A stretch of DNA of 55,056 bases from Octopus bimaculoides (lineage: Eukaryota): positions 41,567,516 through 41,622,571 of the forward strand of contig NC_068981.1 of the NCBI RefSeq assembly GCF_001194135.2, given 5' to 3'. This document shows, piece by piece, positions 24,141 to 36,296 of this stretch (position 1 is the first letter of the stretch; each line of letters starts with the position of its first letter). The notes under the pieces were generated by a model that was not told the DNA's origin, did not search any database, and saw only the letters and a list, made by a program, of their open reading frames with translations. Position numbers and translations under genes: made by a program.

Positions 24141-26140
24141 TTCTCCAGGCTGCTATACTCTCAGAGCAACCACGTCCTCAGTTAACTACATCTCGTAGTT
24201 AACAAAAACCACCAACTACTTCTAATTCGTCATCTTGGCATTTAAGAGAATCTGTATTTGGTGTGCTTATAATGCGTACTGCTCTAGTGCATCTATCACA
24301 TATAAAGCTTATATTTTGTTATTTTGCCCTGTGATTCCACTACATCTCGTGTGCTCATAGCCTACAATGGACACAATGTATATACTACAAATGCTGTTTT
24401 AACTTCTTGATTCCAGAGTCATATGAAAAAACTTTACTCTAAATAACACTCTGATATCTTCTTTGATGAATCATCATTCTTTCTTTTCAAGATGTACATT
24501 CCTTGAATGTGCAAGAGTAAGTGAAAGAAATATTTCCACACATACAAGAAATGAAATATTTATCTTTAATTTAATCTGTAACATTCAATAAACCTTATTG
24601 TCATTGATTAAATTAAAAGGAGACATCAGTTCTACAGGATGTACATAATCTACCTTATTGAATATTGGTTTTCTAAAGCCCTTAAATTGCCTCCAGTGAA
24701 TGGGGAGATTTTCTCTTGGTAATGATATTGTAGGGTAGGTGTGAGAGACTGAATCTGGCCAGTCTGGACATAAAACTGGTAGAATATTTTAGTTGGATAT
24801 GAGTGGTTTAGATATTAAAAAGTTAAACTGAAAACAAAAGCAAGGAATGACAATTCTCATTTCAGTGGATTCATTTGTAAAAGTATTCTGCAAATCATTA
24901 TCATTTCATCATAATTATATCATTATTAGTACCTGTACTTGTGAGATTGTCTTGTATCATGTAAGGGCACACTTTATGATATATTTGTACATGCAAGATG
25001 ATGATGTCAAAGTGTGATGACAGAAAAAAGAATCAGGGAGAGTGGATGAAAGCTGCAAGAGTGTGTAAGGTGTGACGAGAATGATGGAGAGTAGTAGAAG
25101 TGGAGGTGGCCATGTAAAATGCATCTGAAATACATTCTCCCAAATCACAGTTTATGTGAATACCTCCTAATTTTTTTCCTAGGACAAAAGGATATAGAAA
25201 AGTTAAAATTAACCAACCCTGAGGAAATCTAACACCGATGATTTTTTTTTTTATCTTAAATTACAAATATTTGGATCTAAAGTTTGTAACTTGAAGTGTA
25301 AACCTGCCTTTTTATAATTTGTCAGTTCAAAAGATGTTTATGTATTTTAACATTCTCTTGCGGTTGAAAATAGGTGAAAAACATTTTCTGAAAGAATTTG
25401 TGCATTCCAAACCTTATGTCTGGAATACACAAATTCTTTGTATATATATGCATATATATGTATACATATATTGTATATATATATGTGTGTTTGTGTGAGT
25501 GAGTTTGTATTTCTCCGTGTTTTTATGTTTATTCTCTGACTGTAAACAAAACAACAACATCATTCTCAATATGGGTGGTTTTGTATACTTGCTGTCAACT
25601 GTGAAAGCATATCCAGGCTTCTTGACATGTTACAACATGTGTGATCTATGCAAATAAAAAAGCTCGTATCTATATCTGGAATGTTTGTTGTTCAATAGAT
25701 TCAGGATTATTTCCTTACTTGGAAACAAGTGAGGGTTGGCAACAGAAAGGGTATCTGGCCATAGAAAACTGCCTCAAAGAATTCCATTTCACCCATGCAA
25801 TGACAACAATTCTTTTTGTAGTAACAAATTCCAAATTTTGCCAGAACTATCTTTGAATAACAAAATTATAATATGTCTTTAGTGTTAAAAATATATTCAT
25901 AAGGAAATGCAACATTTGTTTTTATATCTCACTTGGTCAGTTATACAACAGTAGTAACCATTCATGTTTTTTCACAATGATGCATGGCTCCATGGCAATG
26001 TAGGTATAAAAATATGGAAAAAAACAAACAAAAGAGAAAATCATAAAAGGAATGAAATATGTGTGCATATGTATGAAAAGGGTTAATTTGGTATTTTAAT
26101 GAACTTTCAATATTTTAATTCTGCTTATTTGCTTTTTCAG

Positions 26141-26352
26141 CCACCATGATTCTTCAGAACAGAAAAAGAAACATAAAAAACATAAGAAAGAAAAGAAAAA
26201 GAAAAAAAAGAAAAAGAAGAAGCATAAAAAATCTTCAGGTGATGAGAAAGTGTCAACTGGCAAAGAAGATGCACAGAGCCCTCTGAAGATAACTGAGAAA
26301 GTTACATCACTGCAACCTGCTTCCAAAGTTAAGGAATCCCTGTCAAATGAAG
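26141..26352 (+). CDS. ARL6IP4: ARL6IP4 coding exon 2, poly-Lys tract
   Basis: Acceptor gctttttcag|; 212 nt (phase 2 to 1); HHDSSEQKKKHKKHKKEKKKKKKKKKKHKKS...SNE; donor GTGAGC. Confidence 0.88.
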
Positions 26353-27455
26353 GTGAGCTATTTGTATCTGATATTTGTATTTCTTAATGATTTCATCCGA
26401 TTTATCAGATTAAAGTGTATATTAGCTTGTCTTCATAACCATTTAGTATATTTTGAAATATACCACAATGGAACAGCCAGTTCTTGGTAAGCCAAATGGT
26501 ATACCATTTCAATTCTCACTTCAAACTATTTTAGTTATTTTTATGATACCAAAGAAAGGCATGAACGTCCCAACTTTCCATTTTCTCATCTCTATAAATC
26601 ACTTCTTGATATATTTTAACCTTACTATATCATTGTTAAGTACTGATACATCTTATATTGAAATGCTATAACCATTTCAACTAACTCCAGTTTGAGCTTA
26701 GTTACATCAGAACAGGATATTATTTAGGTGAGTAATATCAAGAGACTATAAGTAAATAAAGAGCATTAGAATTGAAGCAGTAAAATTTTGCATTAAACTT
26801 TCACTCAAAGTAATTCAAGTGAAACTATTCTCAGTTTGTAATGGAATATTAATATAAATCTTTGCATAAGTAAAAAGTTACATTGAAATGCAGTACAGGT
26901 AAATCTTAGAAAAAAAATTATGTAAAACTTTACAACACAACAAAGCTTTTAAAGCTATTTCCTTGTGTAAATTGGGGTTAGCTCTCTGGGTGTCCCATAA
27001 CAACCTTCTCTATTTTACTCTTATTGTATACACTGAATGTAAGAACATAGCTTTAAATATATTCTTAACATTGTTCTATCCTAAACTGTTGAAATGATAT
27101 AATATTATATTTATTATCAACATATGAAATTAATTTGATGACAAACTTAGTTTGCAAACTTGCTTTAAGATTGTTTTGCAATTATATATTTGTTAGCTTT
27201 GTCATGATGTACATGTTATAAAGGTTTGGTATTATTTATAAGTTTTCATAGATTTTCCATTAGAGACTTATTAAAGTAGAAGAATTGAATAAATTTATTT
27301 ATTATCACTCAGATCTACTCAACTTTATTGTCAAGGCCAACATTGTAGTTTTCCTTTTGTAGGTCTATGAATAACTGTCAGTTATACAATTAATGTGATT
27401 CAATCAACTTAACTATTGTACCTTGTCAAAAATTTCTCCTTATTTTACATTTCAG

Positions 27456-27573
27456 ATACTTTATCAGCACCAGGCCCTAGCCCACGTATACTGAAACCTA
27501 TGACAAAAGAAGAATGGGAAAAACAGCAAAGTGTGATCCGACGTGTCTATGATCCTACAACTGGACGGAATAG
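27456..27573 (+). CDS. ARL6IP4: ARL6IP4 coding exon 3
   Basis: [40 protein letters not shown], the conserved SR-25 motif PMTKEEW..QSVIRRV.DP.TGR.R; tttcag| and |GTACTT. Confidence 0.95.
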
Positions 27574-27859
27574 GTACTTATGTAAAATAAAACTTTAAGG
27601 ATCTCTTTTATGCCGTTTTAGGTGCAAATATTGTACACAATGAATACTTGCTGGGGTTTGGTTGAAATTAAATTTATAATGCAGAGATAAGTCACCAGTT
27701 TCTCTTCATAAGAGAAGAGTTGTTATATATTAGCATTATATTAATATAATACCATATTATCATTTATATAATTTATATAATTTTTTCTTTGTGTAGTTAT
27801 AAATAAATGAAAAGTAAACAAATCAAAATCGCTGACGTGGCTGATGACAGTATTGCCTG

Positions 27860-28284
27860 ATTGGCACTCATGCCAGTGGAATGATGAAATCACATCCGAG
27901 CATGATCATTGCTAGGGCCACGGATTGGCTCCCCTGTCGGTGACACATGAAAAGCACCATTCGAGCGTGATTGTTGCCAGTGTCGCCTTACTGGCACATG
28001 TGTTGGTGGCATGTGAAAAACACCATTTGAGCGTCGTCTTTGCCAGAACTGCCTGACTAGTCCTCGTGCCGGTGGCACATAAAAGCACCCACTACACTCT
28101 CGGAGTGGTTGGCGTTAGGAAGGGCATCCTGCTGTAGAAACTTTGCCAGATCAGATTGAGCCTGGTGCAGCCTCTGGCTCACCAGTCCTCGGTCAAATCA
28201 TCCAACCCATGCCAGCATGGAAAGCGGATGTTAAATGATGATGATGGTGATGATGATGATGATGACGATGATGATGATGATGAT
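27860..28284 (+). mobile_element. SINE family C copy with internal tandem repeats of about 66 bp and a (GAT)n tail
   Basis: ccggtggcacataaaagcacc...gttggcgttaggaagggcatcc...catggaaagcggatgttaaatgatgatg; tail 28234-28284. Confidence 0.8.
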
Positions 28285-28702
28285 ATTGCATATAAATAAA
28301 TCATTAGTTGTAATACTAGAGGTAGGTTCTTTTTTAACATGCATAGGCAAATTTAGAGAAAGAATATTTATTTATACGTTTTATTACTGTCTCTAGATTA
28401 AGTAAGACCCCGATACTTAATTCATTTATATGCATATATATTTTTATTGTAAGTTATTAAAATAGCCAAAGATTGTCTTTGACCTCAACAAATTTGGATT
28501 AATATTATTTGCGATATATGGAAATATATTTCGATAGTTGTAGATGCTATTTACTTAATTATTTTGTCCGTTATAATTTTTTTTTCTAATTGAACTTGTT
28601 ATGTAGTAGAAAATTTAAAGCTTGCGCTCCTAAACATAGATTTTTATATCAATTTTTTTGCAATCTGGCCATCCTTTCACACGGAATTGCGTCTGTCTTT
28701 TG

Positions 28703-28797
28703 AACCAAAACCCTGAAGAGACTTCTATAAATGGATATGAATTGTTTATAAATCAAATAATGTATATAAGTCGAAATAAATTGTTGGCTTTTTTGGT
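28703..28797 (+). ncRNA. Degenerate type I hammerhead-ribozyme-like motif (Penelope-like)
   Basis: CTGAAGA (28713-28719), stem II GACTT/AAGTC, GAAA (28773-28776), short stem III TAAATTG, putative GUU triplet (28783-28785), stem I ACCAAAACC with GGCTTTTTTGGT. Confidence 0.4.
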
Positions 28798-28899
28798 TTT
28801 TTAATAATTTTAATAGTATATTCATAGTATATTATGTTATATTATAATATATATAGATTGTTAGTTTTTCAATTGAATCTCTCTATTTAATTTATTGCT

Positions 28900-28936
<37 letters not shown>

Positions 28937-29154
28937 TATTTAGTTTGCTCATATATAAGACTAATACTCACAAACGTAATAGAGCTTACAGAATTATAAA
29001 TTGAAATAAATGAAGGTAACATCTCAACTGAGATTAGATTTGGTAAAAAAATTATTTCAATCACAAAACTTAGATTTTTAAATGCATAATATAATAAGAT
29101 ATAATAGTAATAAAGTTCACACAATGATTTAACAAATTTTCCTCTTTAAAATAG

Positions 29155-29224
29155 GCTTGTAAAGGGAGATGGAGAAATCCTTGAAGAAATTGTTAGTAAA
29201 GAAAGACATCAACAAATAAATAAG
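29155..29224 (+). CDS. ARL6IP4: ARL6IP4 coding exon 4
   Basis: LVKGDGEILEEIVSKERHQQINK, matching the conserved LIKGDGE.LEEIV.KERH..INK; donor GTAAGC. Confidence 0.96.
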
Positions 29225-30010
29225 GTAAGCTTTTTTGTAGTCCACTTGAAATTAGAATATCAGCATGAAGGTGGTGCTCCAGCATGGTCACAGTCAAATG
29301 ACTGAAACAAGTAAAAGAATAGAATAAAAGAATATGAACATCATCTTCAGTAATATTTTTACTTTTGTAAAACATGTATTTAACTGATGACCAGCCAGCA
29401 GTATATCTTTGAAAATGTTCAAGAAATTGAAACTTCTTTATAATGGAATGTCATAAATAGTCATATTATATGCCTTATAGTATTTTCCTATGTTCTTTGT
29501 GCAACTCCTCTTGTTCTTGATTTTACCTTTCATTCATGTATTGGGTTAGTAAAATTCACAATATCCTCCTCCTGAAAATTTGTGATGTATGCATGAAATC
29601 ATTATTATCTCTTCCCTTCTTTTAGTTTATGTATTTGTATTCACTCTGATGAAGCTCCGTGTACTAGATTGGATGTGCTATAAAGATGATGAATATTATT
29701 CTCATAATTTTCTTTGGAGGCACCGACTGACATTGGTAGCAGAAACAGCTGTGAGCAATGTTAAAGTTTTGTATTAAAAAATAATTAACTGATGGTAGTA
29801 AATTTGTTTGTTGAACAAAAGTTTTCTCCATTTTCTGCTTATTTAAAATTTGATTCCTGATAAACTCGTTTATTCTGTTATTACCTGTATCCTATGAGCA
29901 TAGTATGCTTGCATATCCTTGCCCAGGGTTAACTAGGTAATTTACACCAGTAGTAATAATGGATATTTTTATCCCTTAGATGGTTATTCCGACCACTAAC
30001 TCTACTTACC

Positions 30011-30054
<44 letters not shown>

Positions 30055-30972
30055 GCCATGTAGTGGGACTGAACCTGGAACCATGAGGTTGGGAAGCAAA
30101 CTTCTTACCACACAGCCACTTCATATTTAGAAAAAATATAAGAACTCCGAAATATTACTTATAATTTGAAGCTAAATTTAATTTGATCCTTGAGTATGTT
30201 ACAGGTTACTGAAAAATCAGCCAATTAGATTTAAAACAAAAACAAACAAAAGTATTGATCATTAATAGTAGACCCATACAAGAAGGAGTCACTTGTATCT
30301 TGCATGCCTTATTGGGTTCCTTATGACTTTCTGGACAGCTTACCACTTTTCTCCAATCTTTATTTCCTCTCCATCATTGTAAATTTATTGGGTTAGCACT
30401 ATTGGCATCAGCTTCTAAACTGGTGTGTAATGCAACAGCAAGCTGAGCTGTTTGCCTTTTCCTTTTGTCCTTAGTTTTAAATAATATCCATATGGTTCAA
30501 AAGGGTCTGCTCTGGCCAATGTAGATCTTGTATCACATATTGATTCTAATTTATTTAAGGCAAGTCAAAAGTCTATCATTCTCCTCTTTACTAGTTATAT
30601 GGAGTAATATTCCAATTTCATCTGGAAGTCCATTAGACAGGTTTGCTTATGGCAAACAAAAATAATGATAATCATTTTTTATAAGGCTAAAAATTTCTAG
30701 GAAGGGCAGTCAATTAAATCAACTCCAGTATTTAACTGGTAATTTATTTAATATGTAAGGATGAAAGGTAAACTTGACCTTTGATATCTTATGCAGGCAC
30801 AAACACATTTGAGGGAAGGGGCAGGTGATGGCTTCAGTACATGACTGATACTTATTTTATTGATCTAAGCATTCATTCATATCATTGTAACCAATAATTA
30901 ACAAAAATATGTGATTCTTGATTTTGTTTGAAATCAACTATAATAACTTAAACTTTTCTTTACCATTTACAG

Positions 30973-31029
30973 CAAGCAACAATTGGTGATGGCTTGTATT
31001 ACCAGTCCAAAATGGGTTTACAAAAATGA
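30973..31029 (+). CDS. ARL6IP4: ARL6IP4 terminal coding exon
   Basis: QATIGDGLYYQSKMGLQK*, matching the conserved QAT.GDG..FQ..G; acceptor tttacag|. Confidence 0.94.
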   Translation, partial: QATIGDGLYYQSKMGLQK

Positions 31030-31068
31030 GGACATTAACATTATTTGCATATTATATTTATTCTATTG

Positions 31069-31074
31069 AATAAA
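31069..31074 (+). terminator. Candidate poly(A) signal of ARL6IP4
   Basis: AATAAA 40 nt after the stop, followed by T/GT-rich sequence. Confidence 0.55.
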
Positions 31075-31627
31075 ATTACACAGTATTAAGATTTATATTT
31101 GTGTCTTTCTTTACCTTTGTGACAAATGTAGTAATTTCTTTTTAAAGCCAAGTTTACTTTGTAACAAGGGTATATTTTGGTTGGTTGATAGAACAACAGA
31201 AGCCTTTGTGAAATTCCAAATCCAAAATATTTATTATTATCAAAAATGTCATTTCAATGACCAACAGAAAAACAATATTTAAGCCAAATGAATCAGATTG
31301 TGCATGTTGATGACAGATGTGTGTGTCAGTAATGATAGTAGGAATGAGTGGCATAAATTCTTGCAGCAAGTTGGCTTGAGCCGTGTCTTGACAATTGACT
31401 AGCTACGAGGTGCACCATCTATATATAGTCAATATCTGTCAAAGAAAAGTCACCAAAGGCAAAATCATTAATGAGATTTCTATGTATTGTTTATCCAAAA
31501 TATACTGGAAATCTGATAGAATCTGTAGATTCTGTTTTTTTTTTCACTGGTCAAACTAGCCATTGATAAAAACAAGTTCTTAATCTGTTTATCAAAATGC
31601 AAATAAGTTAGTCTGACTTCAATCGTC

Positions 31628-31770
31628 TTATTACCTCTGCCAAGGAAGGAGGTTATGTTTTCATCAGCGTTGGTTTGTCCGTCTGTGTGCAAAGATGACT
31701 CGAAACTTGCAGGAAAAGTTGGTAATGACACAAGGAAGTGATCTGGGGATTTTTATGGATTCTTGAAGGA
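31628..31770. mobile_element. Helentron-associated (HINE/DINE-1-like) non-autonomous element fragment
   Basis: TTATTACCTCTGCCAAGGAAGGAGGTTATGTTTTC (subterminal repeat plus short inverted partner) followed by GTTTGTCCGTCTGT microsatellite-like tract. Confidence 0.5.
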
Positions 31771-31859
31771 TTTTTCATGTTATATTTACTTTACGGTCTT
31801 TGATTATCTCCCTTGAAAACATGTTCATCATCGTTTCTCAATTCGTAATTTTACTTGCG

Positions 31860-32390
31860 TATCCATCTTGAAATGAGTTGCTTGGTGGAGGATGACATGA
31901 CAAGCCTTGACTATTGGGATCGACTCAAAAAGCTCAGGCTTTGTTTCCTCCACCGCCGCTGTGAACTCTATATCATCTTTATGATGTGGAAAATATTCCA
32001 TCAACATTACCCCTCTTTAAAATTCATCCGAGGCTTAGCCCCCGTGCCATCCGTCCACTACAGAAATGTTTGTGTCGTATCACAACACTATGACAGAAGT
32101 ATTTCACCTCAATTGGCCCTGCTCTCTTCAACCTCATGCTAGGCACACATAAAGGAGGAAAGTGACTTCACGGCATTCAAATGATCCCTAGATGATTACC
32201 CCCAACAAATACCAGATAAACCACCCACACCGAGATATGTCTCTGAAAACAATAACCCTCTGCTTGAATGGGCTGACTGTGTATCTCTTCCTGGCAGTGC
32301 TATTAAATTAGACATGGCCTGAGTCAACTTCGGCCGAAACTTATCAAAGAAATCTAATCTATGCTGTAACCTTTCAATCACAGCATGACA
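31860..32390 (+). mobile_element. CR1/L2-like LINE 3' fragment
   Basis: LDYWDRLKKLRLCFLHRRCELYIIFMMWKI resembles the LNY.ERL..L.L.SL.RRR.RY.II..WKI RT C-terminal motif. Confidence 0.7.
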
Positions 32391-32397
32391 ATGTGGG

Positions 32398-32644
32398 TAG
32401 AGGTTGATATCTTAACATTTCTGATGGTCTTAAGTATAAAAAAAATTATTAAAGATTTATATAGAACTACATTCAGAGTATGTCTATATGCTATTGTGTT
32501 TAGACTTGATTTCTATCCTCAAACTGTTCCGTTTTGTAGATGCAATTTTCTTTATTTTAACAAAGCACTCCGAAATTAGAAAAATCAAAAATCTGCAACA
32601 ATCTCAGTCCCGTGAGTATCGGATAATGGATTTTCAACTGTGTA
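32398..32644. mobile_element. Possible pogo/Tigger-like MITE
   Basis: Starts TAgaggttgatatc and ends cagtcccgtgagtatcggataatggattttcaactgtgTA, resembling Tigger-type termini. Confidence 0.35.
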
Positions 32645-34553
32645 AAGAAATTGATTGTGGTGATTGTAGTTTTGACTTTTGCAGGCATTGGTTTGGGAAA
32701 TTGGGCGATTTTCAGCATGCATGTATATGAGTGCATAATGGGAGGCAAGGTTCACGATATCGGCTGAATATCGCCTTCTCCCATAAATTTTTGTTCTTTG
32801 CGTTGTTTCAGGCTCCAGCAGGCGAGGAAAGAAGTCTTAAGTAAAATGCAAATTCTCAACCAGTCTTATTTACAAGTTACACAGAAGGTGAAGTGTGTTG
32901 CTCTCAGTATGCCATCTCAAGCTTTGTGCATTCGTTGTATCTTCATTAATGCAGGCCCATTACCTCTGGAGATATGACATGCAGACAGGACTAGCCTGGA
33001 GACCCAGCCAGTGAAGTGTGTTCAGCAAGTGCTTGCGGTGAAGAAGAGAGATAATCTATTTGCTGGGCCCTTATATCCAGTTTGCCATCATGAGCCTTGT
33101 GATCTCGCGCATGGCAAATGGATGCAGGTGAGGTGTTGCTCCAGTCTTGGAGATGGCAATGGCTGCCGTGAGCTCTCATCCAATATGGCGCTGACTGCTT
33201 GTGCCGCTACAGGTGGAAATGAGCTGCTTGGCGCAGGTCTGCGCTCTCCGAGTGCTTTTCTAGTCTATTGTTTTGTTCTTTTTTACATCTGAACAAAATA
33301 ATTTGGGGTTGATTCTTAAGTAGTGACTTGGTGTTTGGGACTCAGCCAATATTACTGCTACAGAACTCTGCTGTCAAGTGGAATGACTGGAAGCAGCAAA
33401 TTAAATGAAATGAGAAAAGTGCAGTAAGCGTAGATTTAAAGTGTGTTCAGGTATGTGCATTAGAATTGGTGAATACAGGAATAGGAGTGCTGGTTAGATT
33501 GCATAGATGACAAGTAGGTGATCTCACAAAAAAGAGTATTAACAGATGCTTTCCATGCATATTGCAGTACTGTTTTACATGTGAAATACTGTAAAAGCTT
33601 GAGGTGTGAAAACTTGCATAGCCAGGAGTGTGAAAAATATGCAAGAGAAACCAAACATATGGTTGAATATTAGGGTACTTAAACATATAAGGAAGCAAAA
33701 TATGATAGACTTGAGAATATATGTATTTACGTGGGTCAGTTGTGTGTAGCCAACATATACTAGGTGCCTGAATTTCTGTTAAATGAATGTAAATTTATCC
33801 ATGTTGGTGAGTATGCAATGTATACATGTTCAGATATATGTGTGTGAGAGCAGAAAAAAAGGTGATATCACATAGCAGTATGCAAATATTATCTTGAAAG
33901 TAACACACTTTTTAAAAACTACTATACTGCACATAGTAAGCAGCCAGTGCACTCACTGATCTGATCTTATGCTTGTCAGTGGAGCAGATGTGAAAACATC
34001 AGAGTAAGAACGTGCTGATGCAGTTGGAACAGGTGGTAGGGTTGATTTAGAGTGAGCCTTCTTTAGGCAATTTGTGTGAATTGGTTTTCTCAAAGGCCTG
34101 AAGCCATCCCTCTATGATATACCACAGCAGAAATAATAGCTAAAGCTCTACTTCCTCATTGACTTACATGTTTTCACACACCTACTACAATTACAACAAA
34201 TTACATCAGTTTCAGTTCAGCCTTTTCCCAGAATTGCCGTGCCTCTAAGGTTGTAAATGATCTTCCTCAACTGCTTACTATCCTACAATCAATAGTATGG
34301 TTGAACGATTCATCACCTGTGTAACTACATGTCACGTTTGCCATCAGTTGCTTTGTGTTCTCAGAATATCACCACTTATTTTTCACCTGATATTAAACAA
34401 TGGACACTTTTTTGTGCAAAACAAAACTATTCAACCTCCATATTCACGACCCTCCAAAGTCCTCAGCAAAATATTAACATCCATTGTCCTGGATATTCTT
34501 TTCTACTCTAGGCACTAGGCCCGAAATTTTTTTTTTTTTTTTTNNNNNNNNNN

Positions 34554-34670
34554 CTGGTACTTAATATATCGACCCCGAAAGGATGAAAGGCAAAGTCGAC
34601 CTTGGCGGAATTTGAACTCAGAACGTAGACAGACGAAATACAGTTAAGCATTTCGCCCAGCACGCATATT
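34554..34670 (-). mobile_element. SINE family A copy
   Basis: ctggtacttaatatatcgaccccgaaaggatgaaaggcaaagtcgaccttggcggaatttgaactcagaac. Confidence 0.85.
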
Positions 34671-35827
34671 TTTGTCCTGGATATTAACAGCAGAAAAGGC
34701 TTCGTGCCCTCAGAGAGAAATACATCAAGGCGATGTGATGTATTTCCCTCAGTGAGTGATGGCTAGGTTTGGAATGCGAAGCATATGTGAGAGGTTTGTA
34801 ATTAGTGTAGGTAGAAAACACAAACCTCTAGCATGCACTGGAAATGTTTCATACTGAGGTATACCACTAGCAATTCTTGATTAAAAGTACTGTTTCATTT
34901 CAACCAGTTTAAGTTGCTTTGAGAAAGAAGAAAGCAGGTGCAAAGTACTATCAATGCTCTGCTGAAGAATGCCATCAGCATCAGCATCTGAGTGGTGCAT
35001 CAGTCCTCAAAAGAATCAACATGGTGACATCAACTAAGAACATAAAGTGATAATAAAAATTGATCAGGCTGAAAAACTCTCATTGTTTTCTGAATGAAGT
35101 ATGAGTGGGAAAACCTTGCAAATCAAATGACTACAAAGTTCCCTAGATAGCTTAATTTAAAGTTTATTGTCTTTGTAGAAAAACTCTAGATTTTCAACTA
35201 TACTTTTAGTCTTTATGTCATTACATGGATTGTTTGCTATATATTGCAATGACTATACTGTTGAGGCTATAGAGTATCACCTATTACACCCATGAGACAG
35301 TTATAATAGTAAAAATTTACCATATTCATTTTTGTCCTAAAATGAATGATATGCACTCATTATATTTATCAAATAAAATAATTGATATAAATGATTTTAA
35401 AAGAGGTGAAAGAAGATTTCTATAAAGCGAAAATCAAAGTTGTGTTCGGTTATTCGTAGATTAGTGAAATGAAAAGGAATTGATTACAACCATACATTAC
35501 AGACAATTGTTTTTACTACATTGAAATTCCATTTTACTCAATTATTACACCGTACTTAATTACATAAATATTCCACATTAAGATACAAATCCCAAACCGA
35601 AGAAAACAATCATGAGCGAATAAAAAAAAAAGAAAGAAGAATATCAATTCAATCGGTTACAGTACACAAGGATCAACCCAACCTATTTTGGGGAATTTGT
35701 TTCGTACAGCACCGTTTAAAAGGGAAATCACTTACGATTTCCTCATATAAAAACATAACGTGAATTTGTGTAGACGAAGTTTCTGTCATGAAATTATTTC
35801 TTCGCTGAAATACATTGAAACTGGACT

Positions 35828-36126
35828 ATGGATTCCAAAGTCAACGATCCGTCTTTTAACCCATCTGAGTTGACAGTAAATAGACCGAAACTGACTGAAG
35901 ATGACGAAGCACTTCTTAGGATGCAAGAAATGTTTCTTTCTTCTAAACATAATCCAGCGGCTACAGTGGTTAAAAATTCTAAGTCGCACAAGCCTGATAT
36001 TCAAAACAAACAGGCTCCATTTAAAAGAGATGTCGTTGATATGCAACAACCTTTTACATCAGATTCGACACAAACATCAGTTCCAGCAAAGAAAAAATCT
36101 AGGTTTCAAGAACAGAAGAAAAACAG
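35828..36126 (+). CDS. RPAP1: First coding exon of an RNA polymerase II-associated protein 1 homologue
   Basis: NRPKLTEDDEALLRMQEMFLSSKHNPAATVVK...RDVVDM parallels the remembered human N-terminus [32 protein letters not shown]...RDVVML; donor AG|GTAATA at 36127 (phase 2). No further exons found. Confidence 0.7.
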
Positions 36127-36196
36127 GTAATATCGGTTTTCAGAAATGCTTTTTAGTATGGAATAACGAAGCCCAGTGAGGGTTATTTGTTATGTG

Positions 36197-36296
36197 NNNN
36201 NNNNNNNNNNNNNNNNNNNNNNNNNNNNNNNNNNNNNNNNNNNNNNNNNNNNNNNNNNNNNNNNNNNNNNNNNNNNNNNNNNNNNNNNNNNNNNNN
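36197..36296. other. Assembly gap of exactly 100 N (likely unknown size)
   Basis: 7499-7598 is also exactly 100 N. Other gaps: 707-877, 4811-5735, 34544-34553, 42906-43130; three of the six abut (TA)n tracts. Confidence 0.95.

Noticed and set aside
27890-28095. Repeat-spacer-like pattern resembling a CRISPR array (also 46450-46680)
   Set aside because: Whole units are degenerate tandem copies inside a SINE, without unique spacers; eukaryotic context and no cas genes.
29646-29730. Possible C/D-box snoRNA in ARL6IP4 intron 4 (TGATGA...TGATGA...CTGA)
   Set aside because: Box C lacks the purine, no terminal stem, and no rRNA-complementary guide recognised.
32800-33292. GC-richer block with 62- and 93-aa ORFs
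   Set aside because: No motif or splice structure recognised; probably a decayed repeat I cannot classify.
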